This document shows, piece by piece, positions 56,294 to 64,000 of a DNA stretch of 64,000 bases; the stretch's first letter is position 1, and the number at the start of each line of letters is the position of its first letter. The DNA is taken from assembly GCA_963828165.1 (NCBI GenBank), contig CAWHDR010000001.1:2752001-2816000 (forward strand), written 5' to 3'. The translations under genes were made by a program, and so were the position numbers. This DNA is from an uncultured Chloroflexia bacterium. GTDB lineage: Bacteria; Chloroflexota; Limnocylindria; Limnocylindrales; CSP1-4. Under the pieces are notes generated by a model that was not told where the DNA came from, did not search any database, and saw nothing but the letters and a program-made list of their open reading frames with translations.

Positions 56294-56398
56294 GTGTTAC
56301 CTGGATCTCGATACGCCCGCGTCGTGATGGTCATCGTGACGGTCGTGATCGTGCTCGGCCTGATCGCCTCGGCCGTGGCCTATCCGATCGCGTTCTGA
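56294..56398 (+). CDS. 34-aa single-TM microprotein
   Basis: SD GAGGTGA then GTG; MLPGSRYARVVMVIVTVVIVLGLIASAVAYPIAF*; high GC3. Confidence 0.7.
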   Translation: MLPGSRYARVVMVIVTVVIVLGLIASAVAYPIAF

Positions 56399-56411
56399 GC
56401 CTGTCCACATC

Positions 56412-58553
56412 ATGGAACGCCTCATGACCGAGCCCGTGACCGAGACGCCCGGGACGCCCGCGGCCGATCCGATGACCGACGCGCCGGACGGCACGCCGCT
56501 CGAGGCCCTCGGGCAGCCGGGCGGCGAGCCGGATCCGCCGACGGTTCCGCAGGAGGCCCCGCAGGAGGCCCCCGGTGAGCAGCCTTCGATCGACGCGCCA
56601 CCGGGCGAGCCGCCGGGCTCGCCCGAACCAACCCCGCCCGAGCCGCCCGGCGAGCCGCAAGAGCCGCCGTGGAGGCCGCCGGACGAACCCCGACCGCCGC
56701 CGATGGAGGCACCGGGGGCGCCCGGCCAGCCCCCGGCCATCGAGGCCACCGAGGCGCTGACGGTTGCGGCGACCGTAGAGGCGCCCGCTGCAGCCCCGGC
56801 CGCGGAGGCGCCGGCCGCAGAGGCGCCGACCGCAGAGGCGCCCGCTGCAGCGCCGCCGCCCGCGGAGGCACCCGCGGCCGAGGGCCCGCGGACCGTCGGT
56901 CGCCTCATCGCCGACGCCCTGCGCAGCGCAGGTGTCCGCTACGCCTTCACCGTGCCTGGCGAATTGTTCCTCGGCCTCCTCGACGCGCTCGGTGATGCCG
57001 GCATCCGCGTCGTCGCGACGCGTCACGAGGGTGGCGCCGCATTCATGGCCGAGGCCCACGGCCAGCTCACCGGCCGACCCGCCGCCTGCCTTGGTACCCG
57101 TGGGGTCGGGGCCGCGAATCTGGCGATCGGCATCCACACGGCACGCCAGGACTCGACCCCGATGTTCGCGATCATCGGCCAGGTCGAGACCGCGCATCGC
57201 GGGCACGAGGCGTTCCAGGAGATCGAACCGATCGCCACGATCGGCGGACTCGCGAAATGGGCGGCGGAGCCCAGCGAGCCAGGCGACGTCGCCCCGGTCA
57301 TGTCCGAGGCGATCCGGCAGGCGCTCGGCGGGCGGCCCGGGCCGGTGCTCCTGTCCTTCGCGGAGGACCTGCTCGATCGGCCGGCGCCCGTCGAAGCGAG
57401 AGTGGAAGCCGGGCGACCGGGCCCGGCGCGTCCCGCCGACGAGGACCTGCGAGCCGTCATCGAGCTGCTCGCCTCGGCCGAGCGTCCGGTCATCCTCGCG
57501 GGAGGCGGCATCCTGCGCGCCCGCACGTCGACCGAGCTGTTGCGATTCGCGGAACTGCTGCAGGTCCCGGTCATCGCCGCCTGGCGTCGAGGCGATGTGG
57601 TCTCGAACGACCACCCGCTGTTTCTCGGGATGGCGGGCTTTGGTGCGGCCGCATCTGTGCGCGACCGCCTTGCCGCCGCCGACGCGATGCTCGTCATCGG
57701 CTGCCGTCTGAACGAACCCACCTCGTACGACGATTCGATCCCGGCGGAGACGACCCGCTGGGCCCATGTCGACCTCGAGCCTGCGCGAGCCGAAGGCCTG
57801 CGCGTGCCGACCATGACGGTGGCCGCCGACGCGCGCGCGTTCCTGCGTGCCGCCAACGAGCGGCTGCTCGGCAAGGCCGTGCTCGATGCCGCCCTGGTCG
57901 CGCGTCGCCAGGAACACAACGTCACCGACCGCGCCGCCTGGGAGGCCGCCACGATCGTAGACGCCGATGCGGATGCCTGGACCGGACCCGGCGTCCACCC
58001 GGGACGCGTCATCACGACGCTGCGACGCGTCCTGCCCGACGACGCGATCGTCACGACGGACGCGGGTAATTTCGCCGGCTGGGCCGGTCGTGGCTACCGG
58101 TTCCGCAAGCCCGGCACCTTCCTCGGGCCGACGTCCGGGGCGATGGGCTACGGCGTGCCGGCCGCGATCGCCGCGTCGCTGGTGCACCGCGACCGCCCCG
58201 TGGTCGCCCTCGTCGGAGACGGCGGGATGGCGATGACGATGGCCGAGCTCGAGACCGCGGTCCGCGAGGGCTCCCGCGTCATCGTCCTGGTGTTCGACAA
58301 CGAGCGCTTCGGCACCATCCGGATGTGGCAGGAGTCCCGCGGGACCGGCGAGGGCGTGGCGACGGAGCTCGGATCGATCGACTTCGCGGGCATCGGCCGC
58401 GCCCTCGGCGCCCGTGGCGTGCACGTGGAGCGCGATGCCGACCTCGAACCCGCGCTCCGCCAGGCGCTCGTCGAGGAGCGCTCGACGGTCGTCCACCTCG
58501 CGCTGGATCGCGCCTGGGTGTCGGTGGACCAGCCCGCAGTCCCGACCGGCTAA
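56412..58553 (+). CDS. Thiamine-pyrophosphate-dependent enzyme (acetolactate synthase-like) with Pro/Glu/Ala-rich N-extension
   Basis: FTVPGE, TRHEGGAAFMAEA, GAMGYGVPAA, GDGG...NERFGTI. Confidence 0.88.
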   Translation: MERLMTEPVTETPGTPAADPMTDAPDGTPLEALGQPGGEPDPPTVPQEAPQEAPGEQPSIDAPPGEPPGSPEPTPPEPPGEPQEPPWRPPDEPRPPPMEAPGAPGQPPAIEATEALTVAATVEAPAAAPAAEAPAAEAPTAEAPAAAPPPAEAPAAEGPRTVGRLIADALRSAGVRYAFTVPGELFLGLLDALGDAGIRVVATRHEGGAAFMAEAHGQLTGRPAACLGTRGVGAANLAIGIHTARQDSTPMFAIIGQVETAHRGHEAFQEIEPIATIGGLAKWAAEPSEPGDVAPVMSEAIRQALGGRPGPVLLSFAEDLLDRPAPVEARVEAGRPGPARPADEDLRAVIELLASAERPVILAGGGILRARTSTELLRFAELLQVPVIAAWRRGDVVSNDHPLFLGMAGFGAAASVRDRLAAADAMLVIGCRLNEPTSYDDSIPAETTRWAHVDLEPARAEGLRVPTMTVAADARAFLRAANERLLGKAVLDAALVARRQEHNVTDRAAWEAATIVDADADAWTGPGVHPGRVITTLRRVLPDDAIVTTDAGNFAGWAGRGYRFRKPGTFLGPTSGAMGYGVPAAIAASLVHRDRPVVALVGDGGMAMTMAELETAVREGSRVIVLVFDNERFGTIRMWQESRGTGEGVATELGSIDFAGIGRALGARGVHVERDADLEPALRQALVEERSTVVHLALDRAWVSVDQPAVPTG
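56778..56885 (+). repeat. Tandem EAPAA-type coding repeats
   Basis: Recurrent gaggcgcc units encoding EAPAAAPAAEAPAAEAPTAEAPAAAPPPAEAPAAE. Confidence 0.7.
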
Positions 58554-59407
58554 CCGTCGCGCCGCGCCAGCACGGAGAACGAGAGGGGGATCCGGCCGCG
58601 TTCGTCGGGGCGTACGTCGGCGTGGCCGCCCCACCAGTCGGTCGGGTGCTCGGCGAACCGTTCGACGCGGAGCCCGGAACCCAGGATGGCCGTCACGATC
58701 TCGCCGAGCGTCCAGGCCCGGGCGAACTTCCAGGCCTGGTGGTCGTCGTCGATCGAGAGGCGGTCGATGTACTCGGGCGCCCAGCCCTTGGACGCCTCGG
58801 GCCCCGCGAAGTAGTCGTAGTCCGTCGCGACCCAGGCACCGTCCGCATCGACGTCGAACAGCCACTCCGCGGGATGACCCTCGAACAGGACGAGCCGGCC
58901 ACCCGGGGCCAGCAAGCGGTACAGCACGGCCGCCCACGCATCGAGGTCCTGCAGCCACATCAGCGAGCCACGACCCGTGTAGACGAGGTCGGCCGTCCCA
59001 TCGAGCTCATGCGGCGTGTCGAGGACGTCGGCTTCGATCCAGCGGGCGGGCGCCCGGACGGTCGCCGAGAGGCGCTCCGCCAGCGCGAGCATGCGCGGGC
59101 TGAAGTCGACGCCGATGACCTCGTCGGCACCCAGGTTCCACAGTGAGAGCGTGTCGCGACCGCCGGCACATTGCAGGTGGATCGCCCGCCGGCACCGTCC
59201 GCGCAGGTCGCCGATGAGCTCGAGCTCCGGGGGGAGGAGGTTCGTGCCACCCGCGGCGATGACCTCGACCGCTTCGGCGAACCAGCCCTCATAGCGCTCG
59301 GCGGCTTCGTCCCACGCCTGGCGGTTCGCAGCGTGCATGCCTCGCGGATCGGCTCGCTCAGCGGGCGTCGCAGGGCGTACGTGCGGGTTCGGGTCATCGG
59401 CGCGCAT
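58550..59407 (-). CDS. Class I SAM-dependent methyltransferase
   Basis: NRQAWD, IHLQCAGGRDTLS, GVDFS, LAPGG. Confidence 0.88.
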   Translation of the reverse strand: MRADDPNPHVRPATPAERADPRGMHAANRQAWDEAAERYEGWFAEAVEVIAAGGTNLLPPELELIGDLRGRCRRAIHLQCAGGRDTLSLWNLGADEVIGVDFSPRMLALAERLSATVRAPARWIEADVLDTPHELDGTADLVYTGRGSLMWLQDLDAWAAVLYRLLAPGGRLVLFEGHPAEWLFDVDADGAWVATDYDYFAGPEASKGWAPEYIDRLSIDDDHQAWKFARAWTLGEIVTAILGSGLRVERFAEHPTDWWGGHADVRPDERGRIPLSFSVLARRDG

Positions 59408-59444
59408 GCGCGTGAGTCTACGGCGCGTCACTCGCGTGACAGGT

Positions 59445-59476
59445 CGTTGACACAACAACTACCTTGGCAGTAGCAT
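59445..59476 (+). promoter_or_regulatory. Pirin promoter with overlapping palindromic operator
   Basis: TTGACA-N18-TAGCAT; GTTG-N6-CAAC overlaps the -35. Confidence 0.6.
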
Positions 59477-59505
59477 GATGACAACACCAAAGGAGCTCGA
59501 AACCC

Positions 59506-60516
59506 ATGCCCGCTGTCGTCGTCGAAGACATCACCGTCCTGCCGAGGATCCCCGCACCGGATCCGGCGGTCGCGCAGGAGCGGACCATCCGCAGCATCAC
59601 GAACGCTCCGCACGGCTTCGAAGGGGAGGGGTTCCCCGTCCGCCGCGCCTTCGCCGGCGTGGCGCTCGAGGACCTCGATCCGTTCGTCCACCTGGACCAG
59701 ATGGGCGAGGTCGAATACGCGCCGGGCGAACCCAAGGGAACGCCGTGGCACCCGCATCGCGGCTTCGAGACGGTCACGTACATGATCGACGGCACGTTCG
59801 AGCACCAGGATTCGAACGGCGGCGGTGGGCTCATCACCAACGGCGACACGCAGTGGATGACCGCCGGCTCGGGGATCCTCCACATCGAGAAGCCGCCGGA
59901 GGCGCTGGTCCTGAGTGGGGGCTTGTTCCACGGCTTCCAGCTCTGGGTCAACCTCCCGGCCGACCAGAAATGGTCGGCGCCCCGCTACCAGGACATCAGG
60001 GCGCGGGAGGTGGCGCTGCTGTCGTCGCCGGATGGTGGGGCCCTGGTCCGGGTCATCGCCGGCGAGGTCGCTGGCCATGCCGGGCCGGGCTCGACGTACA
60101 GCCCGATGACGCTCGTCCATGCCACGCTGAGTCCCGGCGCTCGCCTCTCGCTGCCGTGGCGACCCGACTACAACGCCCTCGTCTACGTCATGGCGGGGCA
60201 GGGGAGCATCGGCACGGATGGCCGTCCGATCGCCACGGGCCAGCTTGCCGTCATGGGTCCGGGCGACGCGCTGACCGTGTCGGCCTCGACCCAGCAGGAG
60301 CAGCGCAGCCCCAGCCTCGACGTGCTGATCCTGGGCGGCCGACCGATCCGCGAGCCCGTCGCCTGGATGGGCCCGTTCGTGATGAACACGCGCGAGGAAG
60401 TCCTCCAGGCGGTCGCCGACTACCAGGCCGGTCGCCTGGGCAGCATCCCGGCGGTGCACAACACGCCGTCGACGCTCATCCAGACCGACCGCTCTACCGC
60501 GAGCGAGCCCGGCTGA
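59506..60516 (+). CDS. Pirin family protein
   Basis: DPFVHLD, HPHRGFETVTY, QWMTAGSGILHIE, GFQLWVNLP, GPFVMNT. Confidence 0.95.
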   Translation: MPAVVVEDITVLPRIPAPDPAVAQERTIRSITNAPHGFEGEGFPVRRAFAGVALEDLDPFVHLDQMGEVEYAPGEPKGTPWHPHRGFETVTYMIDGTFEHQDSNGGGGLITNGDTQWMTAGSGILHIEKPPEALVLSGGLFHGFQLWVNLPADQKWSAPRYQDIRAREVALLSSPDGGALVRVIAGEVAGHAGPGSTYSPMTLVHATLSPGARLSLPWRPDYNALVYVMAGQGSIGTDGRPIATGQLAVMGPGDALTVSASTQQEQRSPSLDVLILGGRPIREPVAWMGPFVMNTREEVLQAVADYQAGRLGSIPAVHNTPSTLIQTDRSTASEPG

Positions 60517-60528
60517 CGTACCCGCCGT

Positions 60529-61287
60529 TCAGTCGAGCGCGTCGACGACGGTCGTCTCGCCCGGGCCCAGGACCCGGAGCTCCGTCTCCGGTGCGAGGGT
60601 GGCACAGGCGGCCCTGAAGCGGATCGCGGGCCGTTCCTGTGGTCCTCCCCAGACCCGCGCCAGCCCGGCCGGATAGAGCGTGCCCCAGTGGATGGGGACG
60701 ACGACCCGGGCCCCGATCATGCCGGCCAGCCTGGCGGCCCCACGCGGCCCGAGATGCCACGGCGCAGAATGCGGCCCCCAGCTGCCGATCGGGAGGAGCG
60801 CGACGTCCACCCGTCCCGCCAGCGCCCGCAGCCCCGCGAAGGCGGACGTGTCGCCAGCGAAGTAGACGCTCGGTGTGCCCTCCACGAGGTATCCGAGCGC
60901 GCCAGCCGATGGGTAGCGGGGCCACCGTCCATGGTGTGCCGGCACGGCCGTGACGCCCACCCCTCCGATGTCGGCCTGCTCGTGCTCTGCGAGCTCCCTC
61001 GCACGAAAACCCATGCGCTTCGCGACCTTGCCGAGACCTGCGGGCACGATGATCAACGGATCGCCTTCCAATCCGGCCAGTGACGACCGGTCGAAGTGGT
61101 CCGGGTGAGCGTGCGACAGCAGGACGGCGTCGATACGTCCGATCGCCGCCGTGTCCACCGACCGACCGCTGCGACGCAGCGGCCCCAGTCGATCGCGCAG
61201 GAACGGATCGGTCAGGAACCGAAGTCCGCCGGTTTCGAGGAGCACCGTGGAGTGGCCGATCCAAGTGAGCCGCAGGGGTTCAGGCAC
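60529..61287 (-). CDS. MBL-fold metallo-hydrolase
   Basis: LTWIGHSTVL, LTDP, SHAHPDH, YFAGDT, VPIHWGT. Confidence 0.9.
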   Translation of the reverse strand: MPEPLRLTWIGHSTVLLETGGLRFLTDPFLRDRLGPLRRSGRSVDTAAIGRIDAVLLSHAHPDHFDRSSLAGLEGDPLIIVPAGLGKVAKRMGFRARELAEHEQADIGGVGVTAVPAHHGRWPRYPSAGALGYLVEGTPSVYFAGDTSAFAGLRALAGRVDVALLPIGSWGPHSAPWHLGPRGAARLAGMIGARVVVPIHWGTLYPAGLARVWGGPQERPAIRFRAACATLAPETELRVLGPGETTVVDALD

Positions 61288-61921
61288 CCAGGATGGCGCG
61301 CCAGCCGCGTCGTTCGCGGGTCGCCTTCTGCCGAGGAGCCCGCGTGAGGATGTACATGGCGCCGACGACGGCGCCGATCCACGTACCGACGATGTCGTCC
61401 ATCGTGTCCTCGTACGTGAGGTCCATGCCCCCCTGGCCAAGCCGCCACGCCACGTACTCCATCGTCTCCCAGAGTGTCTCCCCGGCGATGGCGATCGCGC
61501 CTCCGGCCAGGGCCGCCTGCCACCGCTCATCCACGTGAGGCGCGATCAGGGACCCGCTGACACCCGCAAGGAGTGCGGCGTTCGCCACGTGGACGGCATC
61601 ATCGACCCGTACTTGCTCGTACACACCGAACGCGTTGCCAGCAGCATCCGCGAGCAGTGGCAGCGTCACCGCGAGATCGAGGGCTCGCGGGTACGGATCC
61701 CTGGGACCGGGCAGCACCCGCCAGGCGATCGGGACGAGGAGCAGCGCCGCGCTGTACCCGATGGCTCGCGTCCGGATCGCCTTGCCGCGCAGTCGGGGCG
61801 ACGCGTGATGGAGCAGGGCATCGATCCCGAAGCCGACCGTGGCGATTTTGGCGCCCAGGGTCAAGGCGTCGAGGGCGCGCTCGCTGCGAGTCGTGGGGCT
61901 GCGGTCAGGTGTCGGATTCAC
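61280..61921 (-). CDS. Hypothetical multi-pass membrane protein (DUF2238-like)
   Basis: Several TMs; DDAVH, WETMEY, DTMDDI motifs. Confidence 0.65.
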   Translation of the reverse strand: MNPTPDRSPTTRSERALDALTLGAKIATVGFGIDALLHHASPRLRGKAIRTRAIGYSAALLLVPIAWRVLPGPRDPYPRALDLAVTLPLLADAAGNAFGVYEQVRVDDAVHVANAALLAGVSGSLIAPHVDERWQAALAGGAIAIAGETLWETMEYVAWRLGQGGMDLTYEDTMDDIVGTWIGAVVGAMYILTRAPRQKATRERRGWRAILGA

Positions 61922-62027
61922 GGTCCGCGTAGCCTGCGTCGGGTCGGCTCACATCGGTGGTCCATGGCCATACCGTACCCTTGCACGCGCGAACCAGGTG
62001 CGTGCGGTCAAGCCGCCACGTCGGAGC

Positions 62028-62435
62028 TCAGGGCACGATCCGTTTCCGCGCATCGACGCCCTGGATCCCACGCTCGGTGAGCGCCGCCGCGAATCCCTCG
62101 AGATCGTCGACGGTGACGTACAGCGCCGGGACCCGGAACGGCCCGACCCGGACGCGCTCCACGAAGTCCAAGCGGACGCCGCCGTGGTGCGATCCCCCGA
62201 ACGTGATGTCCCGGTGGCGGACGCTCATCCGCACGCCGATCGCCGTGATCCAGAGCCACGGGCCCTCGATGCGCCAGCCGATGATGTTCGCCAGGGGCGT
62301 TACGCAGCGGAACCGCCCGAACCGTGCCTCCAGGTCGTCCTCGCGCAGCTCCACCCAGGCATCGTCGGGCCCGCCGACCCCGAACAGGCGGAGCAGCGGC
62401 CGCGATCGTCTGCCGAGGCGGATGGGGAACCGCAT
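62028..62435 (-). CDS. Hypothetical protein
   Basis: MRFPIRLG...LYVTVDDLEGFAAAL; coding-like codon pattern. Confidence 0.65.
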   Translation of the reverse strand: MRFPIRLGRRSRPLLRLFGVGGPDDAWVELREDDLEARFGRFRCVTPLANIIGWRIEGPWLWITAIGVRMSVRHRDITFGGSHHGGVRLDFVERVRVGPFRVPALYVTVDDLEGFAAALTERGIQGVDARKRIVP

Positions 62436-62538
62436 GGTTGGCACCCGGGCAGGCTAGCGGCTCAGGATCGGGCCGTCCAACGTGGGACGGTGCGACCGCG
62501 CGGCTGCCCCGACGGCACGCCTTCGGTATCGTGGTGCG

Positions 62539-63066
62539 ATGCCGCCGTCGACCTCCCAGCTCCGGCTGCGCCCGTACACGGACGAGGATCGCTGGCTGAC
62601 CGAAACGATCGAGACGAGCCCCGTCATGATGGCCGACCTGGGCGGCCCTCTCCCCGAGGCCGACATCCCGGGGATCCACGCCCGGCGGCTCGAAGGGATG
62701 GCCGCAGACCGGCTGTGGTACTTCACCGTGGAGCTCGAACCTGAGGGCACGGCGGTCGGCACGATCTGCCTGTGGTCCGACGCCGTGGCTGGCGAGCTGC
62801 GCAGCGAGGCCGGTTGGGCGATCCTTCATGAGTACCAGGGTCGCGGCCTCGCAACGGAGGCCTTGCGACTCCTCATCGCGCAGGCCCGCGAGGACGGGCG
62901 GTGGGGCGACATCCACGCCTTCCCGGGCGTCTCGAACGGCCCATCCAATGCGGTCTGCCGGAAGAACGGCTTCGAGAATGTGGGGGAGGAGACCGTCCTC
63001 TACGCGGGCCGGCGGTTGGCCTGCAACCACTGGGTACTCGATGCCGAGGCACACCCGGCGGGTTGA
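62539..63066 (+). CDS. GNAT N-acetyltransferase (RimJ/RimL-like)
   Basis: LRLRP, EAGWAILHEYQGRGLATEA, NGPSNAVCRKNGF. Confidence 0.9.
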   Translation: MPPSTSQLRLRPYTDEDRWLTETIETSPVMMADLGGPLPEADIPGIHARRLEGMAADRLWYFTVELEPEGTAVGTICLWSDAVAGELRSEAGWAILHEYQGRGLATEALRLLIAQAREDGRWGDIHAFPGVSNGPSNAVCRKNGFENVGEETVLYAGRRLACNHWVLDAEAHPAG

Positions 63067-63137
63067 CGACAGGGGCCCGCCCCGCGCCGCATGGTCATCC
63101 TGAGAGAGCGCGGGCATCCACCCGCCGAGAACAGGGC

Positions 63138-63166
63138 TTGTCATCCATTGGCGCGGATGGCACACT
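63138..63166 (+). promoter_or_regulatory. Promoter of leader peptide and rhodanese
   Basis: TTGTCA-N17-CACACT preceded by TGg. Confidence 0.55.
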
Positions 63167-63175
63167 CCGCACACG

Positions 63176-63250
63176 ATGTACCGTCACACGATCGCCAAGC
63201 GCCGCTGTCTGTGTCCCACCCACGCCGAGCAGGGCAGGTGGTGTATCTAG
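63176..63250 (+). CDS. Cys-containing attenuator leader peptide (24 aa)
   Basis: MYRHTIAKRRCLCPTHAEQGRWCI*; all three Cys are TGT codons. Confidence 0.7.
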   Translation: MYRHTIAKRRCLCPTHAEQGRWCI

Positions 63251-63290
63251 GCGTGCGATCCGCGTAACCCGCACGCCGCTCACCCCACCG

Positions 63291-63320
63291 GACCCCTGCA
63301 TTGGCAGGGGTTTTCGTTTT
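63291..63320 (+). terminator. Intrinsic terminator (attenuator) upstream of rhodanese
   Basis: gacccctgc-attg-gcaggggtt followed by ttcgtttt. Confidence 0.8.
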
Positions 63321-63357
63321 GTCCGGCATCCACGACCACCATTGAGGGACACACGGA

Positions 63358-64000
63358 ATGACCATCCTCCACGAGATCGCGAGCACGACCACCACGATCT
63401 CTACCGCTGAACTCCGTGATCGACTGGGCGATCCGCGATTGACGGTGATCGATGCCCGTCCGCTGACCGGCTACAACGGCTGGCGCCTGGAGGGCGAGGC
63501 CCGCGGCGGCCATCTCCCCGGCGCCGTCGCGTTCCCGAGCGCCTGGCTCACCAGCGTCGATCAACCCGAGATCCGCCGCATCCTCGACGAGAAGGGGGTC
63601 GTCGCGGAGCGGGACGTCGTCGTGTACGGCACCCGGCCCGATGACGCCGAAACCGTCGCCACGGCCCTGGCCGCGCTCGGCATCGAGAACGTCCGCATCT
63701 ACGCCGACGGCTTCTCCGCCTGGGCAGCCGATCCAGACCTGCCGCTCGAACGCCTCCCGAAGTACGACAAGCTCGTACACATCGACTGGCTACGCCGGGT
63801 GCTCGCGGGCGAGCGCCCAGAGGCTGCCCCGGAGGGCAAGTTCCTGCTCTTCCACGTGAACTTCGGGGTGCCCGAGGAATACGCTGAAGGCCACATCCCG
63901 GGGGCCCACTACCTTGATACGAACTGGCTCGAAGATCCGGCCGACTGGAACCGGCGGTCCCCTGAGGCGCTCGAGACCGCGCTGCGTGCCCTCGGGATCA
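63358..64000 (+). CDS. Multi-domain rhodanese/sulfurtransferase (YnjE-like), 3'-truncated
   Basis: Translated by hand: MTILHEIAST...TVIDARPLTGYNGWRLEGEARGGHLPGA...YADGFSAW...EEYAEGHIPGAHYLDTNWLE; not in ORF track because it has no stop in the window. Confidence 0.9.
   Translation, partial: MTILHEIASTTTTISTAELRDRLGDPRLTVIDARPLTGYNGWRLEGEARGGHLPGAVAFPSAWLTSVDQPEIRRILDEKGVVAERDVVVYGTRPDDAETVATALAALGIENVRIYADGFSAWAADPDLPLERLPKYDKLVHIDWLRRVLAGERPEAAPEGKFLLFHVNFGVPEEYAEGHIPGAHYLDTNWLEDPADWNRRSPEALETALRALGI

Noticed and set aside
63090-63140. SAM-I riboswitch (tcatcctgagagag resembles the P1 start) upstream of a sulfur gene
   Set aside because: The rest of the consensus (kink-turn stem, GCAACC, GTGC, closing GAT) is missing, and the stretch lies upstream of the predicted promoter.

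Overview
High-GC bacterial core-genome segment. Gene order and protein style suggest Chloroflexota, possibly Limnocylindria/Ellin6529-like; this is inference and was not tested. Almost all genes are housekeeping genes on the + strand: rpe-dtd; rpmB (minus); asp23-fakA-recG-rsmD-coaD-(DivIVA-like)-yceD-rpmF-plsX-asp23-nusB-acpP-rnc-smc-ftsY; an MFS gene (minus); ffh-DUF3352-rpsP-khpA-rimM-trmD-TPR-rplS-rnhB-yraN; rpsB-tsf-pyrH-frr-uppS-cdsA-dxr-rseP-ispG; nusA-ylxR-infB-rbfA-nrnA-truB-ribF; pduO (minus); rpsO-pnp; asd-udg-rnj-ftsK-rodZ-cinA-murC-yajQ; then a small accessory tail ending in a truncated rhodanese gene. I see no rRNA, tRNA, CRISPR array or transposase. About ten single-base +1 frameshifts in essential genes look like sequencing error. 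The main observations are: (1) a PNPase with an intact DnaQ-like DEDDh 3'-5' exonuclease inserted in frame between its two RNase PH domains; (2) an unannotated Cys-codon leader peptide with mutually exclusive terminator and antiterminator upstream of a sulfurtransferase; (3) beta-clamp-binding motifs on uracil-DNA glycosylase and RNase HII; (4) candidate non-canonical start codons (CTG, ATC, GTA); (5) a RibF with a degenerate kinase domain; (6) ribosomal-protein and nusA leader RNAs, a REP-like palindrome cluster and a 34-aa membrane microprotein.
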